Source of the DNA: Candidatus Latescibacterota bacterium
GTDB lineage: Bacteria > Latescibacterota > UBA2968 > UBA8231
Direction of reading: 5' to 3'
Length of the DNA: 64,000 nucleotides
Assembly (NCBI GenBank): GCA_965206595.1
Contig: OZ242214.1
Location: forward strand, 2,464,001 to 2,528,000
Part shown: in pieces, positions 30,612 through 40,405 of the stretch
How the letters are laid out: every line of letters begins with the position of its first letter
How positions within the stretch are numbered: position 1 is the stretch's first letter
Program-made: the position numbers and the translations under genes
Notes under the pieces: generated by a model
Told to the model about the DNA's origin: nothing
Database searches by the model: none
The model's input: the letters and a program-made list of their open reading frames with translations, nothing else

Positions 30612-32894
30612 CTAAATCCCTTCTAATGAACCTCCGACCTCCTCAACAGCTTCCTTGACAACCTGGATAACATCGTCCACGAAATTTTGGGCCGCTATGT
30701 TCCTGATGGAAGTAATTGACGGCGCAGCAGAGTTATAAATCCGCTCTATCTCCCCCGCTCTTTGGTTGCTTGATCTTTTACCCCTGTAATCAAAAGCAGA
30801 TTGCCATTCATCGAGATGATCAACGATTAAACGTTGCGTTGACAAGTAGAAAATTCGGTCAGATACTTTCTGGCGTATCGTGTTGATGATGGCTTGCTTC
30901 TTATCGTCTGAAAGCGGGCGGCTTATGGTCCAATGATCAGGGGTATCCAGCCACCCAGAAATGCTAGACTGCAACTGACTTTTCAGATTAGCCACCGGTG
31001 TTAATCCATTATATTCGTCGTTATCCCACCTGTTGGCAAGGCGCCGGCACAACGCCTTAATTCGCGTCCAGTGTTCCTTAGGAAAATCCTTATAATATCT
31101 GAGCCCAAGCAATCCCCACCAAGGATTTTTGAACCCGTTAATAGCATCCTGTAGTGCGATTTCTAACTGGCGGATCTTGTAGACTGGCTTGGCATCAGGC
31201 AGGTCGGGAGGGATATTCGATTGCTGCATCTGCTTCAATAAACGATTCATATCTTTGACAAAACCGCGCGGTAGTTTATCCATTGCCTGATTCAGTCCAC
31301 CCAAGTAATAGTCATTGGCCTCCAGTCGTTGCCCTAGCATCTCCATTATCGACGGTGCCAGTTTTTCGCGCAGGCCATTTAGGGCATTACCGATTGCCGC
31401 GCGAACGTGATCCCTCTTCTGGGTATGGTTGCCGAGATTATCCCCCTTTACTTGGTCGAAGTGGGTGAAAACGACGGAGATTTTGTATACGTGACCGCTG
31501 TCCCCGACTGCCTTCAGGAGTTGCAGAGGGGCGGCCTGCATGGGCGATTTCGCGTTGTCCACCAGCAGAATCATATCCGTTTCAGAGAACCTCTCCGTTA
31601 CCTTTGTGGATATACTCGTCGCGTCCTTGGCTGAATGGCCTAGTCCTTCGCCATCCAGCAGCACGAGCTTTCGGTCATTGTCCTGTAGTTCAGGTCTAGA
31701 GGGCTGAAACGGGCCGCTTACACGAATGCCGTTTACCAACGGAGTAAGCAAACGTCCAAACTGCTGGCTATGGTTGCTGGTAAACCACCGTACCTGCTTC
31801 AAGAAGGTGTTGCGATCCTTTTCCTCGTAATACCAACAGGAGCGCCATCCCGTTTTTCCTTTATCAAATATTCCCTCCTCAATCAAGTTGAACCTGCTTT
31901 GGATAGCCTCCATTATATCAAGGGAGAGCTGTGTTAAGCCTTGATCTTCGTTCACTACGGTTCTGAAATCTTCCAGCCATTCCTGCCGCTTGTTGGAATT
32001 GTCTATATCCTCCAAGTCGCCGTGTTTTTGCGCGGTTTGTTTCTGTACTGCTGCAGCCACTTCCTTGATAAGGTCGACGTATTCGGATAGACGATCTTTG
32101 TTCTCGGTGAGCTCCGAGCCAGCGACTATTTCGTCTTTCGCCAAAGTAGCGGCCTCAGTTTCTTCATCTCCCATTTCGTATTCGTCATCCTCTTGCTCGG
32201 GCTGTTCCTGTTGCCAGGAACCGAGGATATAGGAAAGCCGAAAGCGCTGTTCTCGATGTTCCAAGAGAGCATCGGCGATATCCTTATCGGAGGCGTTGCT
32301 AATTGCACTGGTACACGCCTTTTCCAAGCATTCCTCAATGTCTCCTCTCACTTCGTGCTCAGTCAAAAAAGTAACTACAGCCTTGAAAGGAGGGCTGGGT
32401 GCAATAACTATTTCGATGTCGGCCGTTGTTGTCCTTGCCGTTGATGTAGAAGGAAAACGGTCACTCTTGTGATCGGAGCCGATAAGCTGACGTAGCAGGG
32501 TGGTTTTTCCGGCTCCCGTTGGACCAACGAGCATCACCCGTGCATAGCCGTCCTCTGGCGTAGGTAATTGAATCATGTCCTCCCGTAACTTTTTTGAATC
32601 GACCCGGCCAGCCTCCATATTGTCAAAGAACGCCGAGACAACGACTTCATCGAACTGTTTCTCCGCTTGGGAGCGCCGGTCAAGGCTCCACCAAGAGGAA
32701 TTAGCCAGCAACTCGTTAAGCTGCTCTACTAGCCGGTCAGCCTCGGTATCGTCCTGCGTCCCAAGACCACGCCGCACCTTCAGGCCAAACTTGCCGCGGG
32801 TATCAGTACGGCGCGGGTGACTGAAGATTACGCTCCAGCCCGGCCGATTTTGTGAGCGGGTTTTGGATGCCTTGTAGGTGGTTTTGGTTGCCAT
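30612..32894 (-). CDS. dynamin-like/TRAFAC GTPase with N-terminal integrase-arm-like segment
   Basis: GGAGG RBS + ATG 32894; G1 GPTGAGKT, G2 region STARTTT, G3 LLDGEG, G4 THFD; N-terminal WSVIFSHP...KVRRGLGTQDDTEA. Confidence 0.75.
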   Translation of the reverse strand: MATKTTYKASKTRSQNRPGWSVIFSHPRRTDTRGKFGLKVRRGLGTQDDTEADRLVEQLNELLANSSWWSLDRRSQAEKQFDEVVVSAFFDNMEAGRVDSKKLREDMIQLPTPEDGYARVMLVGPTGAGKTTLLRQLIGSDHKSDRFPSTSTARTTTADIEIVIAPSPPFKAVVTFLTEHEVRGDIEECLEKACTSAISNASDKDIADALLEHREQRFRLSYILGSWQQEQPEQEDDEYEMGDEETEAATLAKDEIVAGSELTENKDRLSEYVDLIKEVAAAVQKQTAQKHGDLEDIDNSNKRQEWLEDFRTVVNEDQGLTQLSLDIMEAIQSRFNLIEEGIFDKGKTGWRSCWYYEEKDRNTFLKQVRWFTSNHSQQFGRLLTPLVNGIRVSGPFQPSRPELQDNDRKLVLLDGEGLGHSAKDATSISTKVTERFSETDMILLVDNAKSPMQAAPLQLLKAVGDSGHVYKISVVFTHFDQVKGDNLGNHTQKRDHVRAAIGNALNGLREKLAPSIMEMLGQRLEANDYYLGGLNQAMDKLPRGFVKDMNRLLKQMQQSNIPPDLPDAKPVYKIRQLEIALQDAINGFKNPWWGLLGLRYYKDFPKEHWTRIKALCRRLANRWDNDEYNGLTPVANLKSQLQSSISGWLDTPDHWTISRPLSDDKKQAIINTIRQKVSDRIFYLSTQRLIVDHLDEWQSAFDYRGKRSSNQRAGEIERIYNSAAPSITSIRNIAAQNFVDDVIQVVKEAVEEVGGSLEGI

Positions 32895-32933
32895 CGTCTT
32901 CCTCCTTGACTGGAAAGGTGAGAGAAAAGGTGT

Positions 32934-33013
32934 GTTGTTCGACGTTGTAACGAGGAAGGAATTTAGTAGCTTGGGGTGCATCTGTCAAGGATTTTGTTAC
33001 AACACCGAACAAC
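32934..33013 (-). promoter_or_regulatory. sigma70 promoter (TTGACA-17-TAAATT) bracketed by 18-bp inverted repeats
   Basis: -35 at 32983-32988, -10 at 32960-32965 on minus strand; GTTGTTCGACGTTGTAAC (32934-32951) vs GTTACAACACCGAACAAC (32996-33013), 16/18 complementary. Confidence 0.75.
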
Positions 33014-33187
33014 GTGCTATTGCGGGCACACCTTTTCCCTTCGCCGCGCTCCGCAGGACCGAAAGAGCATTTAATTTGTCTTCTCATTATGGTGCGAAGG
33101 TGCACCGGCCGGCCCCTTCAACGACCATCGAGGTCCAGGGAACAGCTCAGATTTCCAGTCAGCCTATCCGAATTGGGATAGGCTCCT

Positions 33188-34423
33188 TCAACGACCGCCG
33201 AGATCCCAGGGAATGGCCCAGTCCTGCTCGGATACCTGCAGTATTTCCCTTGTCGGCGCGATGACCAGTCCGGGTGCGATGCGCAGTCGAGGGTAGGTTT
33301 TGCGGAAGGCGGTGATTCCCGTCGTGTCGCGGCGGGAAGGGACGCTTCCGAGCTTGATTTCGATGGGGTAGAATCTGCCGTCCCGTTCGAGAAGGAGGTC
33401 GACTTCCGCTCCTCCGCTCGTCCGCCAGTGGTGCATCTGGGGAGGAGTGGGCATGGCGCCCGCCTGTTTGCGGATTTCAGCGACTACCGCGGTCTCGAAA
33501 AGGGCGCCCAGCATGGGGTGCCCTCCCAGTGCCTCCGGAGAGGACAACAGTTGGGCATGGCACGTCATACCGGTATCTGCGAGATAGCCCTTGGGTTTGC
33601 CGCTTACGCGCTTGACGGCGTTTCCCGAGTACGCAGGCACCTCGAACCATTGGTAGGTCGCCTTCAACAGCCCCAGCCAGCGATCCGCGGTCTGCGGGGT
33701 CACTCCCAGTTCCCGGCCCAATTGCCTGCGGTTGATTTCCTGTGCCGAAAGGGCAGCGCAAAGACGGATGAATCGTCCGAAGAGCTGCCAGTCAGCTACG
33801 TCTGCGAGCAGACGCACGTCCCGCTCGATATAGGTGCGCTGATAGGCTGCATGGAAATCGGGAACGAACGCGGCTTCGATCAGCGTGGCATCCGGCAGGC
33901 CGCCTCGCCACAGAGACTCGTAGAGCGTTCGCGTATGCTGTAGCCGCGACGGCGGGGAAGCCAGGAACTTTGCCGGGTCGGCTATCCAACTGGACAGCCA
34001 GGAACCCTCGGATCCCGCGGCTTCTGCCAGGCTGAATCCCTCCAGGTCGAGGAAGGCAGCCCTCCCGGCAAGACTTTCCGAGACGGAGGTCAGCACACTC
34101 CACTGTTGGGACCCGCTGAGAATGTATTGTCCGGGGGACCGATCCTTGTCGACCTCGCGTTTGAGGCTAGCGATCAACTCCGGCGCGTACTGGACCTCGT
34201 CGAGGACCAAGGGGGGTCGGTTGTTGGCCAGAAACAGTTCCGGATCCTGGCGTGCATTCCCCACGTCGACAACCGGATCGAAAACGACGATGTCCGCCTT
34301 GTCACCGTAGAGATGCTGCAGCAAGGTGCTCTTGCCAACTTGTCGGGCACCTGAAAGAACGACGACCGGAAACGCGGTCGCGAGCTCCCGAAGTCTTCGC
34401 GTCAACAGTCTTTGTCGGTACAT
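33188..34423 (-). CDS. AAA_14 ATPase + DUF4143 (PD-(D/E)xK) protein
   Basis: GARQVGKST, LDEVQ, SESLAGR, KPKGYLADTG, EVDLL...PIEIK. Confidence 0.9.
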   Translation of the reverse strand: MYRQRLLTRRLRELATAFPVVVLSGARQVGKSTLLQHLYGDKADIVVFDPVVDVGNARQDPELFLANNRPPLVLDEVQYAPELIASLKREVDKDRSPGQYILSGSQQWSVLTSVSESLAGRAAFLDLEGFSLAEAAGSEGSWLSSWIADPAKFLASPPSRLQHTRTLYESLWRGGLPDATLIEAAFVPDFHAAYQRTYIERDVRLLADVADWQLFGRFIRLCAALSAQEINRRQLGRELGVTPQTADRWLGLLKATYQWFEVPAYSGNAVKRVSGKPKGYLADTGMTCHAQLLSSPEALGGHPMLGALFETAVVAEIRKQAGAMPTPPQMHHWRTSGGAEVDLLLERDGRFYPIEIKLGSVPSRRDTTGITAFRKTYPRLRIAPGLVIAPTREILQVSEQDWAIPWDLGGR

Positions 34424-34427
34424 AATA

Positions 34428-34462
34428 CTTGCAAAATGATGATATCATCATCAATCTGCAAG
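34428..34462. promoter_or_regulatory. imperfect palindrome directly upstream of the AAA-DUF4143 start
   Basis: CTTGCAAAATGATGATATCATCATCAATCTGCAAG. Confidence 0.45.
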
Positions 34463-34536
34463 AAGTTTTCCGCGCCCTGACTGGAAAAAGCCTCACGAAC
34501 GCCTGGAATTCCCTGGCGCCGCCCCCGGCAACCATC

Positions 34537-36024
34537 TCAATCCCCGCGGAACCGGAAGGCGTACAGCTTCATCCCCCTCATGACGATGCGCAGGCGTAGC
34601 GGCCGGCCGGCAAGGGCGCCGACGTCGCCGCTCCCCCTCCAGGTGACCGGCTTGGCCAGTCCGTTGCCCACCAGTCCATCGGCGTCGGCCAGGGTGTGCC
34701 CCGGGACCGGGGTTCCCTCCGCGTCCTGCAGCTCGACCTGCAGCCAGCCGCCGGCGCTCCCGTCGCAGTTGAGCTCGAGACGGTCGCCTGCAAACACCAG
34801 GTCCGGCGTCGTCAGCTCGCCCCCGTCGTAGGCCGCCTCCGCGGAAACGAAGCCGTCCCGACGGATGCTTGCCCGGTAGATACCGCCGAGCCGCGACTGC
34901 CGCCGCTCCGCCTCCGGGTCCGCCTGGGGGCCGTGCTTGCGCGCCGTCCCCGAGTAGTAGAGCCACAGCTCCTCTCCCACCGGGATCAGCCAGGGATTGG
35001 CGAAGAGCATGCCGCTGCTGCCGCTGCCGTCGAGGCCGGGGCGCAGGAAGGGCTCGCGGCCCCCGGCCCGCTGCCAGTCAATGCCGTCGCGGCTGGTCAG
35101 CAGCTGCGCGTCCATGGTCGCCGGGTAATCCTCCTCCCCCCAGTGGTAGTACGCCGACGGGAACATCAGGTAGGCGTCCTGCGCCAGCTCGTACTTCATG
35201 GCGCACGAGGTGTAGAAATCGATGTTGGGCCGCGGGTCGTCGCGCTGGAAGGGCACCGGCATGGCGAGGTCGCGCGCGTCCGCCTCGAAGGCGATCTCCA
35301 GCGGCGACCAGTTCCTGAAATCGGGCGAGGTGATGCGGCCGACGCTGCGGTAGCGGCCGAATCCGCCCCTGGCGGCCTCCTCGACGAGCTGCGTCTCCCT
35401 CACCCGGGTGTAGCCGACGTAGAGCCCGAGGCGGTCGTCCCGGAAGAACATGTTCTGGGTGTCGCACATCGTTTCGGGGGGGTTCGGCTGGCCGGGGTAG
35501 TACTGCCAGCGGATGCCGTCGGCGGAGTGCATGGCCCACAGGCCTTCGGCGGCGCCGGCGGCCAGCTCGGCGTCGCTGGGTCGGTACTTGCTCCACAGCT
35601 TGTAGCGCTCCGCGGCCGGGGCGCGTTCGTCCCGGAACACCGTCGCCCCCTGCATGCTCTGACTCTCCCCGTGCGGGACGACGAGGTTGTTGCTCCTGCT
35701 GCCCCGGAACTCGATCAGCCCCAGCTCCGGTTTGCGCCAGTGGATGCCGTCCTCCGACTCGGCGTACCCGAGGCGCCGCGCCCCCTGCGAGGGCAGGCCG
35801 GTCAGCATCATGGCGTCGTACCACATGCGCCAGCGGCCGTCCGCCTCGCGGAACACGGTGTTGTAGGCGCCGATTCCGAGCGCCTCCCACGGCTTGTCGG
35901 CGACCAGCACCGGCTCCGGGTGCTGGACCGGCAGGTTCATGCGCAGCTCGATCCCCCTGGATGCGGCGATGAAGCGGTCGTCGATGAAAAGCTGCTTGCG
36001 GGTACCGACGTCGATCGGGGCCAT
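34537..36024 (-). CDS. GH32/GH43-like five-bladed beta-propeller protein, uncharacterised
   Basis: KQLFIDD, YAESEDGIHWRKPELG, SADGIRW, DTQN, SRDGIDW, RRDGFVS. Confidence 0.7.
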   Translation of the reverse strand: MAPIDVGTRKQLFIDDRFIAASRGIELRMNLPVQHPEPVLVADKPWEALGIGAYNTVFREADGRWRMWYDAMMLTGLPSQGARRLGYAESEDGIHWRKPELGLIEFRGSRSNNLVVPHGESQSMQGATVFRDERAPAAERYKLWSKYRPSDAELAAGAAEGLWAMHSADGIRWQYYPGQPNPPETMCDTQNMFFRDDRLGLYVGYTRVRETQLVEEAARGGFGRYRSVGRITSPDFRNWSPLEIAFEADARDLAMPVPFQRDDPRPNIDFYTSCAMKYELAQDAYLMFPSAYYHWGEEDYPATMDAQLLTSRDGIDWQRAGGREPFLRPGLDGSGSSGMLFANPWLIPVGEELWLYYSGTARKHGPQADPEAERRQSRLGGIYRASIRRDGFVSAEAAYDGGELTTPDLVFAGDRLELNCDGSAGGWLQVELQDAEGTPVPGHTLADADGLVGNGLAKPVTWRGSGDVGALAGRPLRLRIVMRGMKLYAFRFRGD

Positions 36025-36229
36025 GGTTTCGCTCCGAGATTTATATGGTGGATTGCAGCGGCCCTGCGCGGGCATCGCAGTTGCCATGGCGGGCGAGCCT
36101 GATGCAAGCGGCCCGCTCCGGCGGCGCACCCGGTGGCGGCGCCGGGATTATGGCCAAATGGCAAAACCGCGCCAAGCCGGAGCGCCGGAATCATTGCGGT
36201 AACCACCCCGGTTCTTCAGGTTGGAAATC

Positions 36230-37411
36230 ATGAACCCCTTACCGAAAACCGCGGGCGCGGTAGTCATCGGCGCCGGCATCAACGGCGCGGCCACCGCCTT
36301 CAACCTCGCCAGGCGCGGCGTCGAAAACGTCGTCCTGATCGAGAGGCAGCTGATCGCCTCGGGGGGAACCGGGCGCTCCGCGGCCATCGTCAGGCAGCAT
36401 TACTCGAACGAGGTGCTCGTGCGCATGGTGCGCCGCAGCGTCGACATCTTCTCCAACTTCGACGACGAGATCGGCGGCGACTGCGGGTTCGTCAACTGCG
36501 GCTGGTCGTTCCTGATCCCCGAGTACGTCTCCGGGGGTTTCGACCGCAACCTCGAGATGGGGCGTCGGCTCGGGGTCGACGTGCGCGAAATCACGCGCCA
36601 GGAGCTGCTCGAGATCGAGCCGCGCATCGAGGTCGGCGACGTGCACCGCTTCGCGTACGAGCCCGGCTCGGGGTACGCGGACCCGCGCGCCACCACCCAT
36701 GCGTACGCGCGCCGCTTCACCGACCTGGGCGGACACCTGGCGCCGCTCACCCCGGCGACAGGTCTTCTCCTGTCCGGGGATGCGGTCTCCGGGGTCGCCA
36801 CCGCCGCGGGAACCGTCTCCACCGGGATCGTCGTCAATGCCGCCGGCCCCTGGGCGGACCGGGTGGCCTCCTGGGCCGGGGTCGACCTGCCTCTTCAGGT
36901 CACCCGCGAGGAGGAGATCATCTACGACGCCGCGGCCGCGGGCGGGCCGCCGAGGCTCTGCTTCTCCGACATGGCCGAGGCGATCTACTACCGGCCGCAC
37001 GGGGAGCGGCGCATGCTCGTGGGACGCGGCTTCCCCAAGGAGTACGAGCACGTCGAGCCCGACGGGTACGACCAAGAAGTCGACGTCTCCTTCATCGCGG
37101 AGACCGAATCGCGGCTGCGGCGGCGCTGGCCCGGCTTCCGGTCGCTCCTCGCCGTCGACTCGTACACCGGCCTCTACGACGTCACCCCGGACTGGCACCC
37201 GGTGCTCGGGGCCGTCGACGGCCCCGAGGGGTTCTTCATGTGCGCCGGGTTCAGCGGCCACGGCTTCAAGATCGGCCCCGCGGTCGGCGAGGTGATGGCG
37301 GAGGAGGTGCTCGGGGTTTCGGACCGATCCATCGACATCGCCAGCCTCAACCTGCGCCGCTTCGCCCGCGGCGAGCTGATCGCCGCGGCGTACGGCACCA
37401 ACCGCGCCTGA
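36230..37411 (+). CDS. FAD-dependent oxidoreductase, DAO/sarcosine-oxidase-beta family
   Basis: VIGAGING, GGTGRSAAIVR, VNAAGPW, YDVTPDWHPVLG, GFSGHGFKIGP. Confidence 0.9.
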   Translation: MNPLPKTAGAVVIGAGINGAATAFNLARRGVENVVLIERQLIASGGTGRSAAIVRQHYSNEVLVRMVRRSVDIFSNFDDEIGGDCGFVNCGWSFLIPEYVSGGFDRNLEMGRRLGVDVREITRQELLEIEPRIEVGDVHRFAYEPGSGYADPRATTHAYARRFTDLGGHLAPLTPATGLLLSGDAVSGVATAAGTVSTGIVVNAAGPWADRVASWAGVDLPLQVTREEEIIYDAAAAGGPPRLCFSDMAEAIYYRPHGERRMLVGRGFPKEYEHVEPDGYDQEVDVSFIAETESRLRRRWPGFRSLLAVDSYTGLYDVTPDWHPVLGAVDGPEGFFMCAGFSGHGFKIGPAVGEVMAEEVLGVSDRSIDIASLNLRRFARGELIAAAYGTNRA

Positions 37412-37525
37412 CCTCCCGCCTGCTCCAGGGCTCGACCCCCGGTTGGGCAAGCCTCTTTTCTTGACCGTCGCGGCGCCAACCTGCTATATCAGCGCCTTCC
37501 ACACCCACCCGTAGAGGCTTACCCG

Positions 37526-38632
37526 ATGAACGCAAACGGACTGATCGACTACGGCATGTTCATCATGCCCTTTCACCCGCCGAGCAAACCTCTGTCGCAG
37601 TGTTTCGACGAGGACATCGAGCTGGTGGTCCGCGCCGAGGAGCTCGGTTTCAGCGAGTTCTGGATCGGCGAGCACCACACCATGAGGTACGAGCCGATCG
37701 TCGTGCCCGAGGTCTTCATCGGCCGCGTCCTCGGCGAGACCGAGCGCATCCGCCTGGGACCGGCCCCGGTCTGCCTCAACCAGCACCACCCGGCGTACGT
37801 GGCGACCCGCATCGCCTTCCTCGACCACCTGGCGCACGGCCGCCTCAACCTCTGCTTCGGCCCGGGAAGCGTCACCGCCGACCAGGAGCTCTACGGCCTC
37901 GACCCGAAGCAGGGGGGCGCCATGACCATGGAGGCGCTCGACGTCATCCTCGAGCTCTGGGCCTCGGATCCACCCTACGAGCACAACGGAGAGTTCTAGC
38001 AGTTCTCCCTCAAGAAGTTCGTCGACGAGGAGACGCAGATCGGCTTCATCCACAAGCCGCTGCAGCAGCCGCACCCGCCGATCGCCATGCCGGGGCTCAG
38101 CCGCAACTCGCACAGTCTCAAGGTCGCAGCGCAGCGCGGCTTCGCCCCCTTCTCCGCGGCCCTGGCCGCCGGCAACGTGCTCGCCGACAACTGGGAGACC
38201 TACGCCGCCGCCGCCGCTGAAGCGGGCCGCGGGGCTGACCGCTCCTGCTGGAAGGTCTCGCGCGCCATCTTTCTCGCCGACACCACCGAGGAGGCGGTCA
38301 GGCTGGCACGCACCAACTCGGTCGGCCGCAACTACGAGTACATCGCCAGCCTCCTCGACAAGGGCCTCGGCCGCAGCATCCTCAAGCGCGACCTCGAAAT
38401 GCCGGATTCCGACTGCAACATGGATTACTGGATGTCTGAGCAGATCATCGCCGGCGACGTCGACGAGGTGCTGAGCCGGCTGCTGGGCATGGTGGAAGAG
38501 ACCGGGCCGTTCGGCACCCTCGTCATTATGGGCTTCGACTGGGACGACAAGGAGGCCTGGCTGCGCAACCTCGACCTGTTCGCCAACGAACTGATGCCGG
38601 CGCTCAACGCCGCGGTGGCAGTGCCGGCCTGA
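37526..38632 (+). pseudogene. LLM-class flavin-dependent monooxygenase interrupted by one in-frame TAG (37997-37999)
   Basis: FIMPFHPP, WIGEHH, HHPAYVA...LDHLAHGRL; frame continues GEF*QFSL...KPLQQPHPPIA into ORF 38087..38632. Confidence 0.85.
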
Positions 38633-38634
38633 CC

Positions 38635-39567
38635 GTGGAACAGCGGCAACTCGGAAGAGACGGCGAACGCGTCTCCGTCCTCGGGCTGGGCACCTGGCCT
38701 CTCGGCGGGGCCATGGGGGCTGTCGGCGAGGCGACGGCCATCGCCACGGTCCGCGCCGCCATCGATTCCGGCATCACCCTCATCGACACGGCGCAGTCGT
38801 ATTACCACAGCGAAGAGGTTGTCGGCAAGGCCCTTCAAGACGGTTATCGCCGGCGCTGCTTTCTCGCCACCAAGGTCAGCCTGCAGTACTCGCGTGACGA
38901 TATAATCGCGGCGATGGAGAACAGCCTGCGCCAGCTCAAGGTCGACTGTGTCGACCTCTACCAGATCCACAGCTGGAATCCCGAGTACCCGATCGATACC
39001 AGCATGGAGGCGATGCTGCGCCTCCAGGAGCAGGGCAAGACGCGCTTTCTCGGCGTTTCCAACTTCGACGCCGAACAGATGCAGACCGCGTCGCGGACCG
39101 CTTCCTTCCACTCCAGCCAGCCCTGCTACAACCTGCTCAACCGCGCCATCGAAGAGGAGGACATCCCCTACTGCGAACGGGAGGGGATCGGCATTCTCGC
39201 GCACAGCGCCCTGGCCAAGGGGCTGCTGAGCGGGCACTACCGCCCGGGCCACCGGTTTCCGGCGGATGACGAGCGTTCCGGCGAGACCCGCACCGGCCCG
39301 TACGTGGGACCGCGGTTCGCTGGCCGAAGGTTTGCCGGCTACTTCGACGTCGTGGAGAAACTCCGGGGAATCGCCGATGAAAAGGAGATCACCATGGTCC
39401 AGATGGCGGTCGCCTGGCTGTTGCGCCTTCCCGCGGTGACCTGCGCCCTGGTCGGGGCCAAGCACCCGGACCAAGTGCGGGACCACCTCGGCGCCGTCGG
39501 TGTCGAGTTCGACGAAAGCGAGCTCGCCCGTATCGACCGGATTCTGTCAGAGGCGCCCGCGTACTAG
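38635..39567 (+). CDS. aldo/keto reductase
   Basis: LGLGTW, IDTAQSY, LATK, DLYQIH, GVSNF, YNLL, LAKGLLSG. Confidence 0.92.
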   Translation: MEQRQLGRDGERVSVLGLGTWPLGGAMGAVGEATAIATVRAAIDSGITLIDTAQSYYHSEEVVGKALQDGYRRRCFLATKVSLQYSRDDIIAAMENSLRQLKVDCVDLYQIHSWNPEYPIDTSMEAMLRLQEQGKTRFLGVSNFDAEQMQTASRTASFHSSQPCYNLLNRAIEEEDIPYCEREGIGILAHSALAKGLLSGHYRPGHRFPADDERSGETRTGPYVGPRFAGRRFAGYFDVVEKLRGIADEKEITMVQMAVAWLLRLPAVTCALVGAKHPDQVRDHLGAVGVEFDESELARIDRILSEAPAY

Positions 39568-39633
39568 GACCGGACTGGTTGCACTACAGGTACTGCGGCG
39601 CCCCGCCGCGTAAAGCATAATGCGATTCCACAC

Positions 39634-40329
39634 ATGGAAATAAACAAAGAAAATGATGGCCCCGAATTCGAGGTAGAGATTCACTTGGAATCCGGCCTGG
39701 ACATGGCAAGGAATGAACTTGACGGCTTCTCCGAAGAACTGCGCACCTGGCTGACGGTGCTCGGGAAACAGATCGTGTCCCTCCAGACAAACCTCGTGGC
39801 AGATGAAGACAATAAACTTGCGAACGTGTCGCGGACTCTACTCGAGGAGCCTTGGATCAAGTACGTTTCAGATCTTGCCTTCGCCGAAGATGCGGTAACC
39901 CGCGCGTCCGCAGGGTTTGATCGTTATGTTGATTTGCGGCCGATTTTGACAGGCTACGAACTCTCTGAAGTGGCAACAAAATGCCTGCAAGAGGCGGGAC
40001 GAATGTTCCTATTCTCTTTTGACAACGGCTGTGTGACATTCTGCGGTTCGGCGCTGGAACAGACTCTGCGAAGTTCACTCGAAGATGCAGGCCATACCCC
40101 TGGTGAAAAGGATACCATCGGTGCACTAATCACAGAGGCTTGCAAGCGCACCCTCCTTTCAGAGGAGGCGGTAAAAGCGGCACATGATCTGAAATGCACG
40201 AGAAACGATGTGATTCATCGGCCGTTTACAGTCGAAGGTGAAGACCTGAAATACGAAGCACTCAAGGCGATTGAAAACCTTGGGAAGGTTCTCGAGACGC
40301 TTGGTCTGAATCTAAGGTCAGAGATATAA
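39634..40329 (+). CDS. DUF4145-like HEPN domain protein
   Basis: EAGRMF...CGSALEQTL...LI..A...RNDVIH (Rx4H). Confidence 0.7.
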   Translation: MEINKENDGPEFEVEIHLESGLDMARNELDGFSEELRTWLTVLGKQIVSLQTNLVADEDNKLANVSRTLLEEPWIKYVSDLAFAEDAVTRASAGFDRYVDLRPILTGYELSEVATKCLQEAGRMFLFSFDNGCVTFCGSALEQTLRSSLEDAGHTPGEKDTIGALITEACKRTLLSEEAVKAAHDLKCTRNDVIHRPFTVEGEDLKYEALKAIENLGKVLETLGLNLRSEI

Positions 40330-40405
40330 CCTCATCTCCTATCAGTGAATCCCTGAGAGAGGTCACTCTGCGTTGCTGGACTTGGGGCAAACAGGAACCA
40401 ACACC

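Noticed and set aside
37997-37999. Pyrrolysine/recoded amber codon
   Set aside because: Context favours Trp, TAG terminates many other genes here, and there are no pyl genes in the window
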